This document shows positions 1 to 12,835 of a DNA stretch of 64,000 nt, piece by piece; positions within the stretch are counted from its first letter, which is position 1, and the number at the start of each line of letters is the position of its first letter. The notes beneath the pieces are model-generated. The model made no database searches, was not told the origin of the DNA, and worked only from the letters and a program-made list of their open reading frames with translations. The stretch spans positions 992,001 to 1,056,000 of the forward strand of contig CAWKDB010000002.1 in the NCBI GenBank assembly GCA_963848295.1. Direction: 5' to 3'. Source of the DNA: an uncultured delta proteobacterium. Lineage in GTDB: Bacteria; Myxococcota_A; Polyangia; Haliangiales; Haliangiaceae. The translations under genes and the position numbers were made by a program.

Positions 1-1397
1 TGCTCGACGGCGACGGCGCCGGCTTCGATCGCGCCGGCTTCCTCGGCGAGGCGCCGCCCGAGCGCCTCGATGCAAACGGCGAGCGCGCGCTGCTCGACCG
101 CGTGCGCGCCCAGGGCTTGCTCGAACGCGACCAGATCCAGCGCGAGCTCGACGAGCTCGGCCAAGCCGCCGATACCGAGCCGCGCCGCACGCCGCTCGTC
201 GCGTTGCTCGGTCGGTTCGACGAGCTGCGCGCGGCGTTGATCTTCCCGCTGTTCGGCTCGGCCGAGACCGAGCTCGGGCCGTGGTTGCTCGGCCTATTCT
301 GCGTGCGCGACGATCGGATGCAGAGCGCGTTCGACGCGGACGACCTCGACACGTTTCGCCAGCTCGCGATCGGCGCCGCGCGCGTGATCGAATCGAGCCA
401 AGCATACGAGCGAGTCAAGGAGCGCGATCGGCTCGCCGCGCTCGGCGAGATGGCGGCGGGTCTCGCGCACGAGATTCGCAACCCGCTCGGGGCGATCAAG
501 GGTGCCGCGCAGTTGCTGATCACCGCGGACGGCGCGACCGCCGCTGCTCCGCCCGCCGCCGAGACCGCAGAGTTCTTGCACATCATCGTCGAGGAGGCGA
601 ACCGGCTGAACAACGTCGTGACCCGGTTCCTCGACTACGCACGCGCCGAACGCCCGGGCCGCGAAGGCGCCGACAAGGTCGACCTCAACGCGGTCGTGCG
701 CAAGACGCTGCAGCTGTTGCAACAAGAGCCCCTCAAGAACGTCGAGGTCCGGATGCGGCTCGATGACCAGCTCCCGCCCGCCGCCGGCGATCCCGAGTCG
801 CTGCTCCAGGTGTTCTTGAACCTCGGCCAGAACGCGCTGCAGGCGATGCCCGATGGCGGCACGCTCGAAGTGCTGACCACGCGGCGCCGGCGCTCGCGCC
901 TGGGCTACGGCCAGTTCTGCGAGATCCGGTTTCGCGACACCGGCATCGGCATCCCGCGCGATCGGCTCAAGAAGCTGTTCATCCCATTCTACACGACGAA
1001 GCAAAAGGGCACCGGCCTCGGGCTCGCGATCAGCCACCGGATCGTCAACCAGCACGCCGGCACGATCGAGGTGCGCTCGACGATCGGCCAGGGCTCGACG
1101 TTCTCGGTGTTCTTGCCCGCCGCCGAGCAAGTGCCGGCGAGCAAGGTCGAGGACATCACCGAGACCGGCCGGCTGACCTCGCTCGCGGCGCTCGCCGCCG
1201 ACCGCGATCCCGCCGCGGTCGGCACGAACGGCGAGGCGGTCGAGACGTTCGAGCCGGAGTCGCCCGGGATGCGCACCGGCGAGTCGACGGTGCGGGGTTC
1301 CCCCGCGCCGGCAGCGGCGCCGAATGGCGACGCGGTTGGATCGCCGCGCGAGCCCGCGACGCCGCCCGGGCCCGTCGCCAAGCCGAGTGCGGTATAG
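1..1397 (+). CDS. Sensor histidine kinase (GAF-like + HisKA + HATPase), 5' end probably outside window
   Basis: H-box LAHEIRNPL, N-box FLNLGQNALQA, DTGIG, FIPFYTTK, GTGLGL; directly upstream of an NtrC-type regulator. Confidence 0.9.
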   Translation, partial: LDGDGAGFDRAGFLGEAPPERLDANGERALLDRVRAQGLLERDQIQRELDELGQAADTEPRRTPLVALLGRFDELRAALIFPLFGSAETELGPWLLGLFCVRDDRMQSAFDADDLDTFRQLAIGAARVIESSQAYERVKERDRLAALGEMAAGLAHEIRNPLGAIKGAAQLLITADGATAAAPPAAETAEFLHIIVEEANRLNNVVTRFLDYARAERPGREGADKVDLNAVVRKTLQLLQQEPLKNVEVRMRLDDQLPPAAGDPESLLQVFLNLGQNALQAMPDGGTLEVLTTRRRRSRLGYGQFCEIRFRDTGIGIPRDRLKKLFIPFYTTKQKGTGLGLAISHRIVNQHAGTIEVRSTIGQGSTFSVFLPAAEQVPASKVEDITETGRLTSLAALAADRDPAAVGTNGEAVETFEPESPGMRTGESTVRGSPAPAAAPNGDAVGSPREPATPPGPVAKPSAV

Positions 1398-1413
1398 AGT
1401 CGTCACGGCCTAG

Positions 1414-2871
<1,458 letters not shown>

Positions 2872-3018
2872 GGACGATCGATGGCCGGGACCTGTGCCCG
2901 GCCAGCAGCGCTGCCGCATGGCAGCGCGGTTGGATCGATTCGATCGGCCGTCCGGCGCAGCAAGGATGGCCGAATCCTTAGTCCGAAGGCCCTCCGGTAC
3001 GGAGGCCTGACGACGAAC

Positions 3019-4320
3019 ATGTTAGGCTCGGCGGCGGTGCTCCGTCGCATCGCCTTCGCTTCGATCTCGTTCGGCGCCATCGCGAGCGCGCGGGCGAACC
3101 CCGCCGGCAGCGTGCCGACCGCGGGCGGTGTGTTCGCGACGATCGACTACCAGTACGAGCAAGACAGCTCGACGATCACGCGCGAGTACCTCGACGCCGG
3201 CACCGATCCGGTCGCGCCGCTGCCGACGCACCGCGACCTCTCGTTCCACGAGTACAAGCACACGATCACGCCGAAGGTCGACGTCGGGATCTTGCCCGGC
3301 GTGTGGCTGTCCGCGGAGCTGCCGATCGTCATCAACCAGACCCGCGAGCTCCGCCTCGGCACCGATGTCGGCCGCGACACCTCGCCGACCGTCGCCGGGG
3401 GCCTCCTGACCACGGGCGGCTTCGACGCGCGCGATCCGAGCACCGCGACGACCGGCGACCTGATGTTCCGCGGCCCCGATCGCCACGGCATCGATCAGGT
3501 CTCGTTCGGGTTCGGCGTGGCACCGATGAGCCAGGCCGACGACGACACGAAGCCGACGTGGAAGATGGGCGCGGACTTCAAGCTCGCGGTCGGCAAGGTC
3601 ATGCGCTTCGATCGGATGGATCCGAGCAGCTCCACCGGCGTCGGCTCCGGCGTCCACGAGCTCAAGCTCTGGACCTCGTTCGATCGCAAGCTCGGCTGGG
3701 CCGAGCCGTGGGCGCAGTTCTTTTGGCAAGTCCCGGTCGGGGTCAACGGCGCATCGCTGTTCCAGAACCCGGGGTTCGGTGCCGACAACGTCCAGAAAGG
3801 CCAGCAGGCCGGCGCGTCGTTTGGCCTCGAGGCCTACGCGATCGATGACGGCGACCGCAACAAGGTCAGCCTCGAGCTGTCGACTCGCGTCGTCGCGCAC
3901 TTCGAGGGTCGCGACTACAGCGAGATGTGGGAGGTGTTCGCCTACGCCGGTGACGCCAACGTCTCTGGCAATCCGCTCGTGCTCGACTCGGACCCGACGA
4001 CCGCGGGAGTCCAGGCGCTGAGCCACCCGGGCATCACGAACATCGAGAACTACATCGAGACCGCCGCTCGAATCGCGCTACGCGCGCAGCTCGGACCGCA
4101 CGTCAGGTTCGCCGCGCTCGGCGACCTCGTGTGGAAGTCGGACCACATCATCACGTTTGCCGACGCCGGCGTCGACCGCAACGGGGACGATCTCATCAAC
4201 GCGGGCACCGCCGAGGTCAACCCGCTGCACTCTGACGTGATCGACATGGTCGGCTACCGCTACCACTCGATCGAGAACCTCGGCTTCATCATCGGCATCC
4301 AGGGCGAAGTCCTGTTCTAG
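3019..4320 (+). CDS. Secreted putative outer-membrane beta-barrel protein
   Basis: Signal peptide after ATG 3019 (ending ASARA), alternating beta-strand pattern, C-terminal Phe (GEVLF); start codon uncertain. Confidence 0.65.
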   Translation: MLGSAAVLRRIAFASISFGAIASARANPAGSVPTAGGVFATIDYQYEQDSSTITREYLDAGTDPVAPLPTHRDLSFHEYKHTITPKVDVGILPGVWLSAELPIVINQTRELRLGTDVGRDTSPTVAGGLLTTGGFDARDPSTATTGDLMFRGPDRHGIDQVSFGFGVAPMSQADDDTKPTWKMGADFKLAVGKVMRFDRMDPSSSTGVGSGVHELKLWTSFDRKLGWAEPWAQFFWQVPVGVNGASLFQNPGFGADNVQKGQQAGASFGLEAYAIDDGDRNKVSLELSTRVVAHFEGRDYSEMWEVFAYAGDANVSGNPLVLDSDPTTAGVQALSHPGITNIENYIETAARIALRAQLGPHVRFAALGDLVWKSDHIITFADAGVDRNGDDLINAGTAEVNPLHSDVIDMVGYRYHSIENLGFIIGIQGEVLF

Positions 4321-4434
4321 AGCGCCCCATCCGCTAAGGACTTCAATAGGCAGTTCTAGGGTCGGCGGCCAGAATTGGCCGTACCACACAAATTCGTAGG
4401 GCGGTCCGCGCGAAGCTGAGCGGCTTGCGTTACG

Positions 4435-6588
4435 ATGGTTACATCAATGCTCGCCCGGCGAATCATCGCCGTATCGCCGGACAAGGCGACCGCCAAGAGG
4501 CTCGCGGTTTCGCTCAAAGCTGCCGGTGGTGCGGTCGACGCGCACGCGTCCCTGGACGAGCTCGGCAAGGGCGAGCTCCAGGCCGCGCTGGTCGTCATCC
4601 ACCTCGACGGCGAGCTCGCGAACGCCCACACCGAGCTGGTCCCCCGGCTGACCGGGGATGCCCGGGTCATCGCGATCCTGCCGACGCCGAATCTGTCGAC
4701 CACGATCGACGTCATGCAGTCGTCGCCGCGGATCATCGGCGTGATGACGGTCGACCAGCTCGACAGCAACGAGCTCGCCGCGATGGCGACTCGCGTGCTC
4801 GCCGGCGACATCTTCGGCCTCGACAAGATCATCCCGTGGGGCACGCAGATCCACTCGCAGCTCGTGGGCGACTACCAAGAGAAGTCGCTGTGTATCTCGC
4901 AGATCTCCGAGTTCGCCGAGCTGATGGGTGTGCGGCGAAAGTACCGCGAGTCGATCGAGCAGTGCGTCGACGAGATGCTGATGAACGCGCTGTACGACGC
5001 GCCGATCGACGAGCAAGGCAAGCCGATCTTCGCCGACATTCCGACGCGGACGCGGATCTCGTTGCGCGTCGAGCAAAAGATCGTCGTGCAGTACGCGTGC
5101 GACGGCAAGCGCTTCGCGGTTTCGGTGCGCGATTCGTTCGGCACGCTCGAGCGCGATACGGTCCTCAAGTACGTCTATAAGTGCTTGCACGCCGATCAGC
5201 AGATCGACCGGAAGGCCGGCGGCGCGGGCCTCGGCCTGTACCTGATGGTCAACTCGGCCTCGACGCTGTACTTCGACGTGTTGCCGGGCGTCGCGACCGA
5301 AGCGGTCACCGTGTTCGATCTCGACGTCCCGAAGCTCCAGCTCGAGCGGTTCGGGTTCTTCACCGAGAAGATCGACGCCGCCGGTCGGCTCGCGAGTGGC
5401 CCATCGCGGCGCTTGCCCGCAGGCACCTCGCATCCGGTCGAGCGCCGCACGACGGTCTCGAGCGGTTCGACCCCACGCGCGCTGCTCGCCGTGCTGATCG
5501 TCGCCATCGTCGCGACCATCGGGCTGACCGGCGTGTTGCTGTGGCCGCGACTGTTCGGCGCCGCGAAGGCGCAGGTCACGATCACGACCGTGCCGAAGGG
5601 CGCGATGATCGAGATCGAGGGTCACAACGCCGGCACGACGACCGACGGCACGCTCGTCGTCGGCGATCTCGAGACCGGGCGCGCCTATCCCGTCGTCGCG
5701 AAGCTGCCCGGTTACGAGCCGAAGCAGGCGGTGGTGGAGCCGCATGCCGGCGCGAACCAGCTCACGCTCGATCTCGTGGCGACCGCCGCGACCGTCTATG
5801 TCGATTCTCAACCGACCGGTGCGTCGATCGAGATCGACGGCAAGCCTGCCGGCACGACGCCGGTGACGCTGACCACGCTGGCTCCCGGCACGTCGGTGTC
5901 GATCGTGTTCAAGAAGGCCGGCTACCACGATGCGGTGACCCACGTCGACGTCCCGGGCCCGGGCAAAGAGGTCAAGATCGTGCCGCAACTGTCGATCACC
6001 GACGACCTCGCGCGTATTCGTCTCGAGTCCGAGCCGGAGGGCGCGCAGGTCACGCAGAACGGCCAGCTGCTCGCCGCGGTGACGACCCCGTGCGAGGTGC
6101 TCGTCGAAGCCGGCAAGCAACAGCACTTCATGCTCAACCTCGCGAAGCACGTTCCTGGCTTCATCGATCTCGTCCCGTCGCGGGGCGCTGAGGTCACGAA
6201 GACCGCGACGCTCGCCGAGGGTTGGATGCTCGACGTCGAGAGCACGGTCGATGGCAAGGTCACGGTGGGCGGCGCGCCGTACTGCAGCGGCATGGCGACC
6301 CCGGCCCACTGCATCGTGACCCCTGGCAAGCACCTGGTCGAGTTCAGCGGTGCGGCCGGCGTACGGTCGAGCCGGATGGTCGTGACCGGCAAGGCCGACG
6401 TCACCGAGCGGTTCGAGTTCGGCGTCGTCGTCGCGGGCCCGGGCAAGACGCTGTCGTTCGGCGGAGGCTCCGGCGTCCGCCGCGCCGTGCTCGAGGTCGG
6501 CCAGCACAACGTGACGGTCACCGACGAGTCCGGCTCGCATGCCACCACGGTGCGAGTCACGGCCAACGCGACCGTCGTCGCGAACTGA
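4435..6588 (+). CDS. Membrane protein: receiver-like + HATPase-like domain, TM helix, multiple PEGA domains
   Basis: DEMLMNAL, SVRDSFG and GGAGLGL ATPase boxes; TM ALLAVLIVAIVATIGLTGVLLW; PEGA repeats (ITTVPKGAMIEIEG, VDSQPTGASIEIDG, LESEPEGAQV). Confidence 0.75.
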   Translation: MVTSMLARRIIAVSPDKATAKRLAVSLKAAGGAVDAHASLDELGKGELQAALVVIHLDGELANAHTELVPRLTGDARVIAILPTPNLSTTIDVMQSSPRIIGVMTVDQLDSNELAAMATRVLAGDIFGLDKIIPWGTQIHSQLVGDYQEKSLCISQISEFAELMGVRRKYRESIEQCVDEMLMNALYDAPIDEQGKPIFADIPTRTRISLRVEQKIVVQYACDGKRFAVSVRDSFGTLERDTVLKYVYKCLHADQQIDRKAGGAGLGLYLMVNSASTLYFDVLPGVATEAVTVFDLDVPKLQLERFGFFTEKIDAAGRLASGPSRRLPAGTSHPVERRTTVSSGSTPRALLAVLIVAIVATIGLTGVLLWPRLFGAAKAQVTITTVPKGAMIEIEGHNAGTTTDGTLVVGDLETGRAYPVVAKLPGYEPKQAVVEPHAGANQLTLDLVATAATVYVDSQPTGASIEIDGKPAGTTPVTLTTLAPGTSVSIVFKKAGYHDAVTHVDVPGPGKEVKIVPQLSITDDLARIRLESEPEGAQVTQNGQLLAAVTTPCEVLVEAGKQQHFMLNLAKHVPGFIDLVPSRGAEVTKTATLAEGWMLDVESTVDGKVTVGGAPYCSGMATPAHCIVTPGKHLVEFSGAAGVRSSRMVVTGKADVTERFEFGVVVAGPGKTLSFGGGSGVRRAVLEVGQHNVTVTDESGSHATTVRVTANATVVAN

Positions 6589-6737
6589 CCTGGCCGGGCC
6601 TCGCCAAGCGATCGCGCCCTCGCGCAATCCGTAGGCCGCCGGAGCGGTGTGTAAGGGGAACCCCGAGCGCTAGCCCAGCCGCGCGTTCCCATCCGAAATG
6701 AGCCGGCTAGCGAGTAAGTGCGGTACAACCCGATCGG

Positions 6738-8090
6738 GTGAGCGAGGTCCATACCCAGCTCCTGACCGACGCTACGAGCGGAGAGCTCGTCCAGCGCAGC
6801 TTCCGGCTTCGCGTCACCGCCGGGCCCGACGCGGGCAAGCACCACGTGCTCGACGCCGGGACGACGATGGTCGGCACCCACACCGATAACGACCTCGTGC
6901 TGACCGACTCGACCGTGTCGCGCCATCACCTCGAGATCCGCGTGCGGCGCGATGGCATCGAGGTCCGCGATCTCGAGACCACGAACGGTACGAAGCACGG
7001 CACCGCGAAGGTCGGCCAGGTCGTGCTCACGGGTGCGGCGCGGCTGCGGCTCGGCAAGCATACCGAGCTCGATGTCGAACCGGTCGATGCCAACGTCGAG
7101 CTCGGCGATTGGACCGAACCGACGTTCGGCGACGTGATCGGCACGACCGCGGGGATGCGCAAGCTGTTCGCGCTGCTCGGCAAGGCGTCGGTGACCGATG
7201 CGACGATCCTGCTGCAAGGCGAGACCGGTACCGGCAAAGAGGCGCTCGCCGAAGCGATCCATGGGTTGAGCCAGCGCGGCCGCGGGCCCTTCGTCGTGGT
7301 CGATTGCGGCTCGATCCCGCGCGAGCTGATCGCGTCGGAGCTGTTCGGCCATACGCGCGGCAGCTTCACCGGCGCGGCGACCGACAAGCAGGGCCTGATC
7401 GAGGCCGCGAATCGCGGGACGCTGTTCCTCGACGAGATCGGCGAGCTCGCGCTCGATCTCCAACCGCAATTGCTACGCGTGCTCGATCGCCGGCAAGTGC
7501 GTCGCGTCGGCGAGACCCAACCGATCGACGTCGACATCCGCATGATCGCCGCGACGCACCGCGACCTGCGCGCGATGGTCAAGGCCGGCGAATTCCGCGA
7601 GGATCTGTACTACCGCCTCGCGGTGGTCGCGGCGACGGTGCCGCCGCTGCGCGACCGCAAGGCCGATCTGCCGGCGCTCGCCGCGCACTTCGCCGAGCGC
7701 ATGGGCCGCGGCAGCTTCGCGCAGTCGCCCCCGCTGCTCGATCAGCTCGCGCGTCATGACTGGCCGGGAAACGTCCGCGAGCTGCGCAACGTCGTCGAGC
7801 GTGCGCTGTCGCTCGGCAACGCGGCGCTCGCCGACCTCGAGCGCGAATCGGCCGAACGGATCGACGCCGCGGCGCGGCGGCCGACGCCATCGCCCGGGGC
7901 GGACGTGCTGGAGCTGCCGTTCAAGGAAGCGAAAGCCGCGCTGGTCGAAGGCTTCGAACGCGACTACCTGGTCGCGTTGCTCGCACGCCATCGCGGCAAC
8001 ATCTCGCGCGCCGCGTCCGAGGCAGGCATCGATCGCAACTACATTCATCGGCTCGTCAAGAAGTACGGGCTCGAGGTCGACCGAGGATGA
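6738..8090 (+). CDS. FHA-domain sigma54 enhancer-binding protein
   Basis: FHA (DSTVSRHH, TTNGT), [25 protein letters not shown]. Confidence 0.93.
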   Translation: MSEVHTQLLTDATSGELVQRSFRLRVTAGPDAGKHHVLDAGTTMVGTHTDNDLVLTDSTVSRHHLEIRVRRDGIEVRDLETTNGTKHGTAKVGQVVLTGAARLRLGKHTELDVEPVDANVELGDWTEPTFGDVIGTTAGMRKLFALLGKASVTDATILLQGETGTGKEALAEAIHGLSQRGRGPFVVVDCGSIPRELIASELFGHTRGSFTGAATDKQGLIEAANRGTLFLDEIGELALDLQPQLLRVLDRRQVRRVGETQPIDVDIRMIAATHRDLRAMVKAGEFREDLYYRLAVVAATVPPLRDRKADLPALAAHFAERMGRGSFAQSPPLLDQLARHDWPGNVRELRNVVERALSLGNAALADLERESAERIDAAARRPTPSPGADVLELPFKEAKAALVEGFERDYLVALLARHRGNISRAASEAGIDRNYIHRLVKKYGLEVDRG

Positions 8091-9223
8091 GGATCTCTAC
8101 ACTCGCCGTGCTCGCGCTGATCGCCGCGTGCTCCAGCAAGAAGCATCACGACGAGCCGACGCCGGTGCAACGCGATGCCGCGGTCGTCGTCATCACCGTC
8201 GATTGGGCCGCGTGCGACGCCGCGATCAAGCAGGCGGCGAGCGAGCCCGACCACGCGCGCATCGGGACGCTGATCGCCGGCTGCCAGGTGTGCGGCGACT
8301 GGAAGCCGCTGCTCGAGTGGAACACGCTACACGAAAACGGCGGACCGACGCGCCAAGCGATCCAGGACCGGATGCAAGCGTGCGATGCGTTCTGCGATCC
8401 GAGCACGAAGCAGCGTTTCCTCGGCACGCTCGATGCCGCGCGGGGCTCGCCGAGTCGGGCGCCGTGGCGACTGCTCGGCGAAGGCTGCCGAGAAAAGCTC
8501 AGCGCGGTGCCGGACCCGCGCTACATGTCGGCGCCGTTTCTCGCGCTCGATCGGATCGGGCGCAAGGTCACCGAGCACGGCGGCGAGAGCGCGACCGCGC
8601 TCCCCGCGATCGAGCTGACGCTGCCCGCGATCACGTTCACGTCGATCGGCGTGCAACTGCCGACCACCAAGGCCCAGGGCGGGCTCGAGTCGGTGCCGGC
8701 GATCGCGGTCACCGTGCTCGGCGATCAGATCCTCGTCGGCAAGGTCCCGCGCGCCCACCTCGGCAAAGACGGCGTGACCGTCGATCTCGGCACACCGCCT
8801 TATCCGGGCGTCGCGGCCGCGCCCAAGGACCTCGGGGCCGCGCTCGCGAAGCTCGGCGACCCGAGCTCCGGGGTCACGCTGCTCGCGCCGACCGCGACGC
8901 TCGCGCAGAGGCTCGCCGACGTGATCGCCGCCGCACCGGCAGGCACCTCGTTCGCGCTCGCCGTGATCGCACCCGATTCGCCGATCGGCTGGGCGATCCC
9001 CGCCGCGCTCGCCGTCACGCTGGTCAAGAGCGTCGGCAAGGGCGCGCCGGTCGTCGATGCCGACCATGGCGGGAGCGATGCGGTGGCGGCTGCTGGCGGG
9101 GTCACCGTGACGGTCAGCGACAAGACGACGAACGAGCAACTCGCGGCCACGCTCGATGCGCTCGCCGCCAAGCACGTCGCGAAGGTCGCGGTCGTGCGCG
9201 CTGCTCCGGGAACGAAGCGGTGA
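8087..9223 (+). CDS. Cys-rich lipoprotein, hypothetical
   Basis: Lipobox LIAAC; ATGA overlap with upstream gene; several Cys pairs. Confidence 0.65.
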   Translation: MRISTLAVLALIAACSSKKHHDEPTPVQRDAAVVVITVDWAACDAAIKQAASEPDHARIGTLIAGCQVCGDWKPLLEWNTLHENGGPTRQAIQDRMQACDAFCDPSTKQRFLGTLDAARGSPSRAPWRLLGEGCREKLSAVPDPRYMSAPFLALDRIGRKVTEHGGESATALPAIELTLPAITFTSIGVQLPTTKAQGGLESVPAIAVTVLGDQILVGKVPRAHLGKDGVTVDLGTPPYPGVAAAPKDLGAALAKLGDPSSGVTLLAPTATLAQRLADVIAAAPAGTSFALAVIAPDSPIGWAIPAALAVTLVKSVGKGAPVVDADHGGSDAVAAAGGVTVTVSDKTTNEQLAATLDALAAKHVAKVAVVRAAPGTKR

Positions 9224-9302
9224 GGGTCAGCGAGCGTAGCGAGCGGCGGCGGCAGGTGCTGGGCGGGCTTGCGCCGCAGGCCGAGCGCAGCGAGGTACTG
9301 CG

Positions 9303-10985
9303 GTGACGTACGACGTCGTCGTCATCGGCGGTGGCGCGGTCGGCGCCGGCGTCGCGCGCGACGCGGCGCTACGCGGGCTCAGCGTCGCGTTGTTCGAGAA
9401 GGGCGACTACGCTTCCGGTACCTCGTCGAAGTCGAGCAAGCTCGTTCATGGCGGGCTGCGCTACCTCGAGCACGGCGAGATCCGACTCGTGTTCGAGTCG
9501 GTGTCGGAGCGCCGCGTCCAGACCACGCTCGCGCCGCACCTCGTCCGACCGTTGCCGTTCCTGATCCCGATCTACAAGGGGGTCAAGCCCGGCCTCGAGA
9601 TCATGAACGTCGGGTTGTGGATCTACGATTCGCTCGCGTTGTTCCGCTCGCCGAAGCTACACCGCACGTTTCGCGGGACGAAGGCGGCGCTCGCGTTGGA
9701 GCCGCGGCTCGAGCCCGAGGGTCTGCGCGGTGCACTCGAGTACTACGACTGCGCGACCGACGACGCGCGGCTCGTGCTCGAGAACGTGCTCGACGCGATC
9801 TCGCTGGGCGCGCACTGCCGCACGTACACCGAGGTCACGCGCCTCGATCGCCGCGCCGACGGCCGGCTCACCGGCGTGACCGTGCGCGACGTGCTGACCG
9901 GCGAGGTGACGAGTGTCGGCGCGCGCGCGGTCGTGCTCGCGGCCGGCGCGTGGACCGACGAGGCGATCAAGCGGTTCGAGCTGCCGTTCGAGCGCAACGT
10001 GCTGCGCCGGACCAAAGGCGTTCACATCGTCGTGCCGCGCGACCGCCTCCCGCTCGCCCGCGCGATCACGCTGATCTCGCCGGTCGACGGGCGCGTGATG
10101 TTCGCGATTCCCTGGCGCGAGCGCACCGTGCTCGGCACGACCGACACCGACTTCACGGGCACGGCCGACGAGGTCGCGGCCGACGCCGACGACGTCAAGT
10201 ACCTGTGCGACAGCAGCAACGGCTACTTCCCCGGCGCGAAGCTCGAGACGACCGACGTGATCGCGACGTGGGCCGGGTTGCGACCACTGATCGCGGCACC
10301 GCCGAACCGCGATCGAACCGCATCGCCATCCGGCGATGCTGCCGGCCGGGCACACGTCCCGGCCGTCGAGGAGTCCGACGTGTCGCGCGAGCACGAGGTG
10401 TTCACGAAGAACGACGGCCTCGTCGTGATCGCGGGCGGCAAGCTGACGACCTATCGCCGGATGGCGCGCCAGACCGTGAACGCGACGCTCAAGCTGTTCA
10501 CCGAGCTCGGCGAGACCGTCGACGTCAACCGGACCACGACGAAGCATCGCCCGCTTCCCGGGGCGATCAACGTCGAGCCCGCGGATCTCGAAGGCGTCGC
10601 CGCGATCGGTCGCCAGTTGATGCGCGACCACGCGCTCGATCTCGATACCGCGACCCACCTGTGCGGCGTCTACGGCGCGCGGGCACCCGAGCTCGGCGCG
10701 ATGATCGCGGCCGATCGCGCGCTTGGCGAGCGCATCGATCACGAGCTCCCGTACGTGTGGGCGGAGGTCGACTTCGCCGCGACTCGCGATCTCGCGCGCA
10801 CCGTCGACGACGTGCTCGCGCGGCGCGTCCCGCTGCTCCTGGTGTCTCGCGATCAAGGGTTGGGCGTCGCCGATCGCGTCGCCGATCGCCTCGCGGCGAT
10901 CCTCGGCTGGTCGCCGGCGATGCGCGGCAAGCTGCTCGCGGCATACGGCGCCGAAGTCGCGCTCAGTCGGCGCTGGCGGCAGTGA
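9303..10985 (+). CDS. glpD: FAD-dependent glycerol-3-phosphate dehydrogenase
   Basis: GGGAVGAG dinucleotide motif, SGTSSKSSKLVHGGLRYLE, WAGLRPL, GGKLTTYRRMA. Confidence 0.95.
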   Translation: MTYDVVVIGGGAVGAGVARDAALRGLSVALFEKGDYASGTSSKSSKLVHGGLRYLEHGEIRLVFESVSERRVQTTLAPHLVRPLPFLIPIYKGVKPGLEIMNVGLWIYDSLALFRSPKLHRTFRGTKAALALEPRLEPEGLRGALEYYDCATDDARLVLENVLDAISLGAHCRTYTEVTRLDRRADGRLTGVTVRDVLTGEVTSVGARAVVLAAGAWTDEAIKRFELPFERNVLRRTKGVHIVVPRDRLPLARAITLISPVDGRVMFAIPWRERTVLGTTDTDFTGTADEVAADADDVKYLCDSSNGYFPGAKLETTDVIATWAGLRPLIAAPPNRDRTASPSGDAAGRAHVPAVEESDVSREHEVFTKNDGLVVIAGGKLTTYRRMARQTVNATLKLFTELGETVDVNRTTTKHRPLPGAINVEPADLEGVAAIGRQLMRDHALDLDTATHLCGVYGARAPELGAMIAADRALGERIDHELPYVWAEVDFAATRDLARTVDDVLARRVPLLLVSRDQGLGVADRVADRLAAILGWSPAMRGKLLAAYGAEVALSRRWRQ

Positions 10986-11458
10986 CCGCGTCGTTCATCG
11001 CGACGTTCGGGTTGTACGGCGGCACGCTCGTGATCGCGTTCGTCGCCGGCATGTTTCCGATCGTCAGCATCGAGCTGTTCCTCGCCGGCGTGACCGCGGT
11101 GCGCGGCGCGACCCCCGGCGAGCTGGTCGCGCTGGTCGCGCTCGCCGCGTTTGGCCATCAGGTCGCGAAGACGCTGTGCTACCTCGGCGGCGCGGGCGTG
11201 CTCGAGCGGCCACAGGTCGCGCGCCGGATCGCGAAGATCCAGCCGACGCTCGATCGCTGGAACAAGTATCCGAAGCTCGTGATGGCGCTCTCGGCGACGA
11301 TCGGCTTACCGCCGTTGTGGGTACTCGCGTTCGTCGCGCGACCGCTCATGCACATGCGGTTCGGCACGTTCACCGCGATCTGCCTGACCTGCCGGATCGC
11401 ACGCTACGCGGTGATCGCGCTCGCCCCGCTCGTGCTCGGCTGGCACCCGTTCGCTTGA
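10982..11458 (+). CDS. DedA/YqaA (VTT)-like membrane protein
   Basis: GTG overlapping the glpD stop (GTGA); hydrophobic segments; FPIVSIELF, IGLPP and RIARY motifs. Confidence 0.7.
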   Translation: MTASFIATFGLYGGTLVIAFVAGMFPIVSIELFLAGVTAVRGATPGELVALVALAAFGHQVAKTLCYLGGAGVLERPQVARRIAKIQPTLDRWNKYPKLVMALSATIGLPPLWVLAFVARPLMHMRFGTFTAICLTCRIARYAVIALAPLVLGWHPFA

Positions 11459-11482
11459 CCGACGACGCGCTATGATGCGCGT

Positions 11483-12819
<1,337 letters not shown>

Positions 12820-12835
<16 letters not shown>

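Noticed and set aside
2908..2934. TGGCAG-N5-TTGGA sigma54-like site within a GC hairpin after the regulator gene
   Set aside because: The -12 dinucleotide is GG, not GC; the hairpin lacks a U-tract
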